Origin: a virus
Lineage: Duplodnaviria; Caudoviricetes
Virus record (IMG/VR): IMGVR_UViG_3300044453_000120
Coordinates: 1-53,002 of that record
Strand: one strand, 5' to 3'
DNA: 53,002 bases
Both the position numbers and the translations under genes were made by a program. The notes beneath the pieces are model-generated. The model made no database searches. It worked only from the letters and a program-made list of their open reading frames with translations, and was not told the DNA's origin. Below, in pieces: positions 45,259 to 53,002 of the stretch. Positions within the stretch are counted from its first letter, which is position 1; each line of letters opens with the position of its first letter.

Positions 45259-46563
45259 TTATAGATAATGTGTAGAGTTAAACGTAATATCAGTACCAAG
45301 CACTAAGCCTTCTAAATGCCTAAAACCAATATCATTCGCTGTCACAAGGCGTAAAACGCTTTCATTATTACTAAATGCAGATTGTAAATTTCCGCTTGCA
45401 TCGTGATAGGTCGCTTCTTTACTGAATGAGATTTCCCACACACCCGTATCACCAATCAGTACATCACTAAAATCAGCTAAATAAATCTCTGACTGATTGC
45501 CGTTAGTACCTAAGTTCGCCGGAATATTTGTGGTCTTATTAAATGGGATGCCTTTTAAGAATCCGTTTTCCATTTCTGGAAAGACTTTATTTCCTCTGTC
45601 ATTAGTGAGATCTGCCAAGAATCGAGCTGTACGAGGTGCCAACAACCACCCATTTTTACGCATTTTAGAATTTGATTCCTCAAGCGATAAAATTAACCCC
45701 CCTAAATATTGATCGATATTTTGTTGTGTCAATTCACCTGTAAAAGCAATTTTACGCCCTGCCTCTAATGCAGTTGATCTCATGCCCTTTGGATCTGAGC
45801 CGCTACCATCACCACGCATAAACTTTACATCTTGATGTTCTGCGGTGGCGCTTATCATGTCAGTTAAGAATAATTGCTCCGTGTTGTAACCTGCATGACC
45901 TATAAGTTCGTTTGATATTGGCACAATAGAGGTTTGAGTTTTAGCGCTTAACTTAACATCATCAGTTCTAGGGTTTGACGCCTTGGCTGGCTGACTTTCG
46001 CCCTTATAACTTGATGTTGCACCACCGGCTAAACGTGGAAAAGTAGCGTTACCGTTTGGTAATGGCACTTGTCTAGCGCCTGAAGCACGTACCACGCTTT
46101 CAGGTCTTAGCAATTCGATTACTTCATTTTGCCAATCTTCAGGCACAAGTGCTGCCCCTGAGTTTGCTGCTGTTGATACAGCCATGGCAACGTCTTTATC
46201 ACCAATTTCATTAGCTGCAAATTTTTCAGTCAGCGATAAATCACCTTGACCAGCGGCAATTGCCATTCCTAAACGCGCAAGCCTAGCCCCTTTATAATTT
46301 TCAGGTGCTTTTTTAACATGCACCGCTGGCGCGCCTTGACCTTCTGGTGCTGTAACGTCTGTTGCATCAGCAATCGCCAAACCTTGCGCGTATTCAAGGT
46401 TTGAAATTTTATCTTGTAGCTCGGTGATTTCGGTTTGCAGTTGTGCAAACTCTTTTTCGTCGTCGGCGCTTAGCTGGCCGTCGGTTTCTAGCTTGTTTGC
46501 AAGCTGCTTTACACGCTCAACTTTGGTGTTGTGCGCGGCTTTAAGGTCAGATAGTTTAAACAT
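45259..46563 (-). CDS. Major capsid protein (HK97 fold, N-terminal delta domain)
   Basis: GAALVPE...VIELLRP, ISNELI, FMRGDGSGSDPKG, IYLADFSD. Confidence 0.92.
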   Translation of the reverse strand: MFKLSDLKAAHNTKVERVKQLANKLETDGQLSADDEKEFAQLQTEITELQDKISNLEYAQGLAIADATDVTAPEGQGAPAVHVKKAPENYKGARLARLGMAIAAGQGDLSLTEKFAANEIGDKDVAMAVSTAANSGAALVPEDWQNEVIELLRPESVVRASGARQVPLPNGNATFPRLAGGATSSYKGESQPAKASNPRTDDVKLSAKTQTSIVPISNELIGHAGYNTEQLFLTDMISATAEHQDVKFMRGDGSGSDPKGMRSTALEAGRKIAFTGELTQQNIDQYLGGLILSLEESNSKMRKNGWLLAPRTARFLADLTNDRGNKVFPEMENGFLKGIPFNKTTNIPANLGTNGNQSEIYLADFSDVLIGDTGVWEISFSKEATYHDASGNLQSAFSNNESVLRLVTANDIGFRHLEGLVLGTDITFNSTHYL

Positions 46564-46686
46564 GGCTTTACCTTTGTTTTGACATAAAAAAAAGGCCACA
46601 CACGGCGACCTTTAAGACTGGGTTTTTGATTTTAAAATAGTTTTAAAATAATTTTATTTTGATTCTTAATTGCATTTATTTTGGTT

Positions 46687-47595
46687 TTAAAGTGATTGCA
46701 ATGCGCTGGCTTGTGCAATCATGCGTTGGTTACTGGCTTGCTGGGCAATGTTGCCAACAATGCTGTTGATGGCGTCTTGCGGAGTGGCAAGGCGATCAGC
46801 CAAACCTAAGTCGATGGCCTTTTGGCCTAAGTAAGTGTCGGCTTGTGTGGCTTTCACCTTGTCGGCGCTTAAATTGCGGTTTTCGGCCACGTAATCGACA
46901 AACATTTGATAGGTTTCGTCGATGCTGGTATTTATGCGGGCGGTTTCGGCGTCGCTTAGTGCCATGTCGGGGTGAAAGTCAACTTTAGTAGCGCCGCGAA
47001 AAAAGGTGTGAATTTTTGCACCTTGCTGCTCGTAATGCTCGGTGAGATCAAGACGTTTTAAGTACACGCCAATTGAGCCAACCCCTGCTGTTTTAGAAAT
47101 GATGATTTCAGTACAAGCACACGCGATAAGATACGCACCGCTGTAGGCGTTCATGTTGACGATGGCGCGTATGGGCTTTTTGCTTTTGGCTTGTTTGATG
47201 AAGTCGGCACACTCAAACCCGCCTTGGGCGCTGCCGCCGCCTGAATTTATATCGAGTACGATCTCTTGTACGCTGTCGTCTTTGAGCGCGGCGTTGATTT
47301 GATTTTGCAAACGCTCGTAGCTCATGACTTCCTCGCACGCGCCATCAATCAAACCCATACGTGGGACCAATAAACCATGCACGGCTATAACCGCGATTTT
47401 ATCGCCTTGCTCTGGGTCGCCGACCACATACTCTTTGGTTTTTTTAGCGGCCATGCTCGGCTGGGTCGTGAGTTCGGCACTGCCCAGTAAACGCTTATGT
47501 AAAAACTCACTGACGGTTTGCGCCAGTGTGCCGGTTGCGAGCAATGGGGTGTTAAACGCCATTGCGGCAATGTGTGGGTAATTTATCGCTGACAT
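46687..47595 (-). CDS. Prohead protease (S49 family)
   Basis: IVLDINSGGG, AYSGAYLIA, VGSIGV. Confidence 0.9.
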   Translation of the reverse strand: MSAINYPHIAAMAFNTPLLATGTLAQTVSEFLHKRLLGSAELTTQPSMAAKKTKEYVVGDPEQGDKIAVIAVHGLLVPRMGLIDGACEEVMSYERLQNQINAALKDDSVQEIVLDINSGGGSAQGGFECADFIKQAKSKKPIRAIVNMNAYSGAYLIACACTEIIISKTAGVGSIGVYLKRLDLTEHYEQQGAKIHTFFRGATKVDFHPDMALSDAETARINTSIDETYQMFVDYVAENRNLSADKVKATQADTYLGQKAIDLGLADRLATPQDAINSIVGNIAQQASNQRMIAQASALQSL

Positions 47596-48845
47596 ATTGC
47601 TTTGATCTCTTCTATTTGCTTTGCTGACGCGGTGTTTAACTGCTGGTGAATTTCGTGGTTTTTACTGTCAACCATGTTCAGCGGTGACAGGTAAATTTCG
47701 CCCTCTGGGCCTAGCGGCGATAAATTCTCTAGGCGGCGTATGTCGTTCACCGATAAAAAGCCCCACTGACGGCCTAATGCATAGGATTCGTAACGGCTTT
47801 TTAAGTCGCCCCGCATTAATGCGCTTAAGTTAAACTCTATGAAGTAATCGGCGCGCTCACTCATAAGTAGTAAGTCGCGGTGCATGGCGCTTTCCCAGCG
47901 CTTGATCCACGGTAATAATGCAAACACTAAAAAGTTGAGGGTGTTTTGTTCAACGGATTTGTAAGACTCGCCTGCTGTTTCTTGCAGCATGTTAAGCGGT
48001 ATGCCGTAAAGCCTTGCTATGTCGGCAATGCCCATGCGCCGCGCTTCGATTAGCTGAGCTTGCTCGTTGGTCATGGCGGCTTGTTTGTAAGTCATACCCT
48101 CTTGTAACAGGGCGACTTTAAACATATTGCGCCAGCCTGAATGCCGTTCGGCAAATGAATTGACAATATTATCAACTGCGTTTTGTGTGGTGAGCTTTTC
48201 GGCTTCTTTTGGGCGCTCGATAACGCCAGTTAAAACCGTGTTGTTATTGAAGCTATAAGCAGCATGTTTTTCAGTTGCCAGTGCTAGGCCGACTGTATCG
48301 GCGGCAATTTGCAGCGGTGAACACCCTAAGAAGCCATCTGTTGATGGGCCTTTTACATGGTGTACGTCGTCCATGCTGAGCGTTTTGTTTTCGCTCGGCA
48401 AATGATAATAAGGTAAGCCGTCGCCGCCTTTTAGCACCCGTACATTGTCAGGATGTATGGGGATCAGTTCTTCAACCTGCATTTGTTTATTGCGCTGAAT
48501 AAGCGCAATGTGATTGCCGTTGGTCCCTAAAAAACCTTGGCCTGTTTCAAAGTATTCAAAGGCGGTGTCTTTTTTGTTTGGTTGGTATCTAAGCACACTG
48601 TAAAGCGAGTGGCCTTTAGCTTTTACTCTGTGCTCACCATCGCGCTTAAACAATTCGCACGGCATACTGGCGACTGATTCGGCCAGCAAAGTAACACAAC
48701 GATAAACTGCGCTGTTTGCCTTGGCTGTTTCTGGCGTGACCATAATACCTGACTGACTGCTACGCGCTGAGCTGCCACCTATGGGCCAGTGTTCGCCTAT
48801 GGTTGTGTTGGTTGTGTTGGTACTAAAAAAACCTGTTGTAAACAT
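47583..48845 (-). CDS. Portal protein (HK97 family)
   Basis: AVYRCVTLLAESVASMP, DIARLYGIP, SVNDIRRLENL. Confidence 0.92.
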   Translation of the reverse strand: MFTTGFFSTNTTNTTIGEHWPIGGSSARSSQSGIMVTPETAKANSAVYRCVTLLAESVASMPCELFKRDGEHRVKAKGHSLYSVLRYQPNKKDTAFEYFETGQGFLGTNGNHIALIQRNKQMQVEELIPIHPDNVRVLKGGDGLPYYHLPSENKTLSMDDVHHVKGPSTDGFLGCSPLQIAADTVGLALATEKHAAYSFNNNTVLTGVIERPKEAEKLTTQNAVDNIVNSFAERHSGWRNMFKVALLQEGMTYKQAAMTNEQAQLIEARRMGIADIARLYGIPLNMLQETAGESYKSVEQNTLNFLVFALLPWIKRWESAMHRDLLLMSERADYFIEFNLSALMRGDLKSRYESYALGRQWGFLSVNDIRRLENLSPLGPEGEIYLSPLNMVDSKNHEIHQQLNTASAKQIEEIKAICQR

Positions 48846-48847
48846 GG

Positions 48848-49030
48848 CTACTCGACCCTTTTAGCTGGCTGTTTCGCGTAGGCGTTAAAACGTGCGAATA
48901 GGTACGAATAGGCAATGAGTGCCGCACCTAACACACAAAAGCCCAGCGCGGGGCTAAATAGCCATGCGCCGTACGATAAAACCGCTAAGCCTAACCAGCC
49001 TATGATCATGCTGAATATGTCTTTTAGCAT
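48848..49030 (-). CDS. Small 2-TM protein between terminase and portal
   Basis: Two hydrophobic helices; common position in HK97-like phages. Confidence 0.65.
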   Translation of the reverse strand: MLKDIFSMIIGWLGLAVLSYGAWLFSPALGFCVLGAALIAYSYLFARFNAYAKQPAKRVE

Positions 49031-50769
49031 CCGACTTCTCCTGATTCGTAAACTGATTCGGTGTCTTCTGTTGGGGTTCGCATTTGTAGCATGGCCTCAC
49101 CCATTGCCATTATTAGCGCCACAGCCCCGTCTATTTTGTTGATGGCTTTTTGTTTGACTGGCCGCACTACGTCGTCGTTGCCTTGTAAGTTTTTGCCAAC
49201 GACGTTGCTTATGTTCCATGTCATGATGGGGTTGCCGTCATGGTGAAAGCGCCCGCTTGATATAGCGGCTTCTAGCTCTTTCATTGGATCTGATAAATTG
49301 GTGAAGTTTTGCGTAACGGTGACGACATCGAGCGATTCGTCTATTAAGTCATGCGCTAAGTTGGTCGCGCCGTGCGGATCTATCGGTACGCTGAGAAATG
49401 GTGTTTCTAAACGCGCGGCGAGTATGTCGGCTTTGATTTCTCGATAGTCTATCTCGCACCCGTCGGTAATATTGAGCAAGCCTTGCCCAGCAAACTTGAT
49501 GTATATCTCGCCAAGTTTTTTGTCTTGGTTGTTGTATACCTGCTCATACGGCACCCAAAAAAGCGGGCTGATACAATACCAGTGGATCTTACCTTTGATG
49601 TTGCGCCAAAACACGCGCGGCCCTGCGTTCATGTCGAGCTTACGCGCAAGGTCGAGGCCGATCACCGCGTCTTTGCCTGCAAAGTGTTCTAGCTTGAGGT
49701 TTTTATCTTTGCATTTTCTCCAATCTTCCATATTAAAAAAGGCGGTTTTTGCACTAACCCAAATATTTAAATGTTTGGTTTTAAATCGGTTGGCAAAGCG
49801 TGGATTCTTTATGGCTTTTTGTTGCTGTGCCAGTAAATATGTTGCTTTAACGCTTATGCCATAATTTGGATTGGCTTTTTTTAATATTTCGGGGTCGGTC
49901 CAATCGTCGCCGTCATCTAGACCATAAATGAGTGCGAATAAGCCGTCGTCGTCGTCAGATTCGAGCATGGATTTGCAGCGTTCTTCGAGGTCGTGACATG
50001 GCCCTGTTATGTTATCCCCAGCGGTGGTGATAACTAGCATCATGGGCTGTTCACGCGACCCCATGCCTGTATCGAATGTGTCGTACTGATCGCTGGTTGG
50101 GTGTTCGTGATATTCGTCGATGAGACCTGTATGCGGGCTACTACCATCCCCCGGTTGACCGATCACCGGCTCAAACTTTGAACCGTCGCTGAGCTCCAGC
50201 TTTTTGGCATTGACTTGAATACCAAAGCGTTTGCGTAGCGCTGGCAGTTTCGACACCATTAACTTTGCGGGCTTGAATACTTCCCACGCTTGCTTTTCGT
50301 TTGTCGCCCCGCAATAAACTTCGCTACCGAACTCGCCATCTGCTACAAAGCTAAATAAACCAATCCCTGCCGCAATAATGGATTTACCATTTTTACGCGG
50401 GACCTTTAAATAAACTTCTCTAAAACGGCGGTTGCCATCGGATTTATTTACCCAGCCAAACACACAGCAAAAAAAGAATAACTGCCATGGCTCAAGCGTG
50501 ATTTTTAGCTTTTTCTTTAACCACTCACCCTTAGTGTGCGGTAGCTTTTGCATGAAACGACACACGCGCTCGGCTTTGTCTTTATCAAATTTATAAGCAA
50601 AATTTTTGTTTTCTTTGGCGCGCTTAAGATCGTTTAGATGCCGTTCACATGCTAAGCGCGTTAAACGACATACTGGAATTTTGCCCGCGCATACGTCACG
50701 CGCATATTTATTGGCCGCATTTACGTTCTCGTAATTCGGCGCTTTGTATGCTGTTGACTTGGCTGACAT
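49024..50769 (-). CDS. terL: Terminase large subunit
   Basis: LEPWQ, PRKNGKS (Walker A), IDEYH (Walker B), ITTAG, KIDGAVA. Confidence 0.95.
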   Translation of the reverse strand: MSAKSTAYKAPNYENVNAANKYARDVCAGKIPVCRLTRLACERHLNDLKRAKENKNFAYKFDKDKAERVCRFMQKLPHTKGEWLKKKLKITLEPWQLFFFCCVFGWVNKSDGNRRFREVYLKVPRKNGKSIIAAGIGLFSFVADGEFGSEVYCGATNEKQAWEVFKPAKLMVSKLPALRKRFGIQVNAKKLELSDGSKFEPVIGQPGDGSSPHTGLIDEYHEHPTSDQYDTFDTGMGSREQPMMLVITTAGDNITGPCHDLEERCKSMLESDDDDGLFALIYGLDDGDDWTDPEILKKANPNYGISVKATYLLAQQQKAIKNPRFANRFKTKHLNIWVSAKTAFFNMEDWRKCKDKNLKLEHFAGKDAVIGLDLARKLDMNAGPRVFWRNIKGKIHWYCISPLFWVPYEQVYNNQDKKLGEIYIKFAGQGLLNITDGCEIDYREIKADILAARLETPFLSVPIDPHGATNLAHDLIDESLDVVTVTQNFTNLSDPMKELEAAISSGRFHHDGNPIMTWNISNVVGKNLQGNDDVVRPVKQKAINKIDGAVALIMAMGEAMLQMRTPTEDTESVYESGEVGC

Positions 50770-50787
50770 GCATTAACTTATCTCTAA

Positions 50788-51231
50788 TTAAAATTCGGCG
50801 AACTCGTTTTCTTCATCCTCACTTTTACCGCCGCCACACATAAAGCGCGCACGCGCCATAGGTGTAAGACCTAAGCGATCAGCAAGCTTTAAAGATTGGT
50901 TAGTGAAAATATTATGCGCAGTGACAAGCGGATGAACTTTTAAACCGCCAGTGCCCGCCACATCGACAAACTTTGATGTGTCGGTAAGTTCGGCTTCAAT
51001 TTTTATCACTTTACTGATTGCGTTACAGTAGTTGACAAGGTGCGGTATATCCTCTGCTGAGAATGACTTTCGCTCGAACATGATTGCTAAATTAGAGTGC
51101 CAAGCATCAATGGCGTGCTCGTCGTGATTCAAAAGCTCTTTAGGACATTTCGGTTTGCCTTTAATGTTCGGATCACCGACAGCCATCCCCCCTTTTTGAC
51201 GACCCCCGCCGGGTGCTCTAATTTCTGCCAT
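50788..51231 (-). CDS. terS: Terminase small subunit (P27-like)
   Basis: KVHPLV...RLGLTPMARAR. Confidence 0.88.
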   Translation of the reverse strand: MAEIRAPGGGRQKGGMAVGDPNIKGKPKCPKELLNHDEHAIDAWHSNLAIMFERKSFSAEDIPHLVNYCNAISKVIKIEAELTDTSKFVDVAGTGGLKVHPLVTAHNIFTNQSLKLADRLGLTPMARARFMCGGGKSEDEENEFAEF

Positions 51232-51294
51232 TTTTAACCTGCAACAAATGTTAATTTGATGATCGGAATATGATCACAATCTGATCAAAACGGG

Positions 51295-51385
51295 TTTCTT
51301 ATTTTTTGCGTATAAAAATATTGGAGGATGGCGGTACTTAGAACAGTGGTTTCATCTGGACAATTTGACCCCCATACCCCCTGAA
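51295..51385 (-). other. Putative cos packaging region
   Basis: Between HNH and terS: GGGGGTATGGGGGTCAAA...TACCGCCATCCTCC..TTTTTATACGCAAAAAATAA, as in HNH-assisted cos phages. Confidence 0.55.
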
Positions 51386-51804
51386 ACGTACGTTTCTATT
51401 GATGTATGCGTGTATTTTTGACGTATTTGGGCAACTGTTTTGTTCCTCTCCCATGCTGTTTTAGAATCAGCACAGGATTTACAGAAACAAGACAGGTTTT
51501 TACGGCTTTCAGTACCACCTTTTGACACCGGAACAATGTGTTCACACACAGTACCAGGTTTAACAATTGAGGGAGTACCGAGCAAACAATTCAAACACAA
51601 ATGGTTAGCATCAGCTTTGACCTGTGGTGCTATCTCAGTTCGCCACTCTTTCGTTTGATATACTCGCTTACCTTTGCGGCTTTGTTGCTGCTGATAGCTA
51701 CCCCAACTCGCTTTAGATTCGTGCTGCTTGCAGTAGCCATGGCGCTCTGTTGTTCTGTTACCACAACCGCGCTCACGGCATCGCTTAGGTGTTGCTGCTG
51801 GCAT
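51352..51804 (-). CDS. Packaging-associated HNH endonuclease (HK97 gp74-like)
   Basis: MPAATPKRCRERGC, CLNC, EHIVPVSKGG, NLSCFCKSC..KT. Confidence 0.88.
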   Translation of the reverse strand: MPAATPKRCRERGCGNRTTERHGYCKQHESKASWGSYQQQQSRKGKRVYQTKEWRTEIAPQVKADANHLCLNCLLGTPSIVKPGTVCEHIVPVSKGGTESRKNLSCFCKSCADSKTAWERNKTVAQIRQKYTHTSIETYVSGGMGVKLSR

Positions 51805-52119
51805 AATAAACCGCCTAATGTATTTAAAATATACTGATGAAATACACTTTAAATATAAGTCGCTCACTGTCGTACTGTTTTGCTCTACAGAGTATTAGCC
51901 GCACTTCAAGCGCAAGTACCGCAGCGGCGAAGCCACAACCATAGCTTGAAAGATACAAACCAAATTTAATGAACGCTTACAGTGTTGACAGTGAGCTAAT
52001 GCTTTACTTATTTTGAATGAGTGCAACAAGCTTACTCTCTCATTGCAACTAGAATAAAAAGGGGGAAGTACTCCCCCTTGGTCATAGGAGTCATGAATTT
52101 TTCACATTCCGCCAAACCT

Positions 52120-52353
52120 TTACTTTGCTTGTATCAGTGTATCGAGCTTTTTATCTATTGAATCGAGCCGCTTCTCTATGCGCTTCTGATCTTCATTACG
52201 CTGATTTTGCACATGATTAATTGACTGCGTGTTCACAGCAATTCGCTTATCCATGTCTGACAAAACCCACAGACCAGACACAACCAGTGCCACGGTCGTA
52301 ATAATGTGTGCAACATTAATTTCTTTCTTCATGTGCCAGTGATTATCCGCCAC
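52120..52353 (-). CDS. Single-TM coiled-coil protein (possible lysis accessory)
   Basis: One TM segment, then RIEKRLDSIDKKLD. Confidence 0.6.
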   Translation of the reverse strand: MADNHWHMKKEINVAHIITTVALVVSGLWVLSDMDKRIAVNTQSINHVQNQRNEDQKRIEKRLDSIDKKLDTLIQAK

Positions 52354-52386
52354 ATCAACCCCCTAAAATGGAATGACAAAGCCAGC

Positions 52387-52875
52387 TTAAAAGCTGACAG
52401 TTTGTTGTATTCGCTCACCTATCCATTGCAACTGCGGTACGGCAATAGAATTGCCGATTGCCCTTAGCCGAGCATGTATCACACATTGCTCTGCGGGCTT
52501 GCCACGGTAAGGTATGCGGGTGTAATTATCAGAAAAACCAAATAGACGCTCTTTTTCTACTGCCGTAAAAACTCGTAAATATTCACCATCATCACAGGCG
52601 GTGCCTACTTCATCACACACAATGACTTGATTACCTGATACTGTTGTTATGTCTTTTTCTGTATGTGAAGTTATGCACCCTGAGTACGATCTTGGTATGC
52701 CTTTTCCAGCACTGTCAGTACATTTGAAGGTACTTTCTTGTTCATCTTTTTGAGTCGTTGATAAATAGAACTCATCATTTGAACGCTGAAAAAGTATCGG
52801 CGCTCGATTGGTCCAGTTTCCAAAGTCTGCAAGAGCGAACACGCGGCGGCGTTGCTGGGCGACTCCGAAATATTT
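52387..52875 (-). CDS. dcm: DNA (cytosine-5) methyltransferase, C-terminal part
   Basis: LDAKYFGVAQQRRRVF (motif VIII), ERLFGF (IX), AIGNSIAVP (X). Confidence 0.9.
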   Translation of the reverse strand, partial: KYFGVAQQRRRVFALADFGNWTNRAPILFQRSNDEFYLSTTQKDEQESTFKCTDSAGKGIPRSYSGCITSHTEKDITTVSGNQVIVCDEVGTACDDGEYLRVFTAVEKERLFGFSDNYTRIPYRGKPAEQCVIHARLRAIGNSIAVPQLQWIGERIQQTVSF

Positions 52876-53002
52876 AGCGTCAAGAGTCCGCCATTCAAGG
52901 AATGCTTTGTCGGCACTGTATGCAATGCCGGAATTTTGCCAGCCTTCTTTTGGGACTGAATGTTGCAACCCAGTAAACGCCCGGATAACTTCAGAAAAGT
53001 CT
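52876..53002. repeat. 127-bp terminal direct repeat (copy 2)
   Basis: Identical to 1-127. Confidence 0.97.

Noticed and set aside
29968-51837. Numerous plus-strand ORFs opposite virion genes
   Set aside because: These are antisense shadows of well-supported minus-strand genes, with no recognisable motifs.
51873-51892. Second LexA box (CTGT-N8-ACAG) upstream of the HNH gene
   Set aside because: The spacer TTTGCTCT is poor and the context is a late operon; likely chance.
51895-51960. tRNA or other structured RNA
   Set aside because: There are short stems (TTCAAGC/GCTTGAA) but no T-loop, anticodon arm or CCA pattern; cannot be supported without a covariance search.
52876-53002. Terminal repeat as a biological DTR
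   Set aside because: It is exactly 127 bp (a common assembler k-mer), falls mid-gene, and the packaging module looks cos-type.

Overview
The window is a complete circular phage-plasmid of about 52,875 bp. Bases 1-127 are repeated at 52876-53002, an assembly overlap that splits a C5 methyltransferase gene. Gene content suggests a marine gammaproteobacterial host, possibly Pseudoalteromonas-like (inference). It carries an HK97-like siphophage virion module (HNH, cos, TerS/TerL, portal, S49 protease, capsid, tail, tape measure, fibres), a lysis cassette behind a Q-type promoter/terminator, and a cI/cro switch whose CI appears to lack the Ser/Lys autocleavage dyad. Plasmid functions are ParA plus a small partner, two replicons (iteron-controlled P1 RepA/RepFIB-like, and antisense-controlled IncFII-like), and tyrosine and serine recombinases. 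Other cargo includes Dam- and Dcm-type methylases, ArdC-like and LexA-controlled UmuD-like genes, and a TnpB-only IS200/IS605 element that splits an exported-protein gene. The most novel-looking region is 12.4-14.3 kb: an XRE regulator, a multi-pass membrane protein and a 40-aa double-glycine-leader peptide missed by the ORF track. A nearby 49-aa ORF mimics the regulator's C-terminal helix, making this a candidate peptide-signalling/antirepression system in a Gram-negative phage-plasmid. Family assignments come from motif recognition only; no database search was run.
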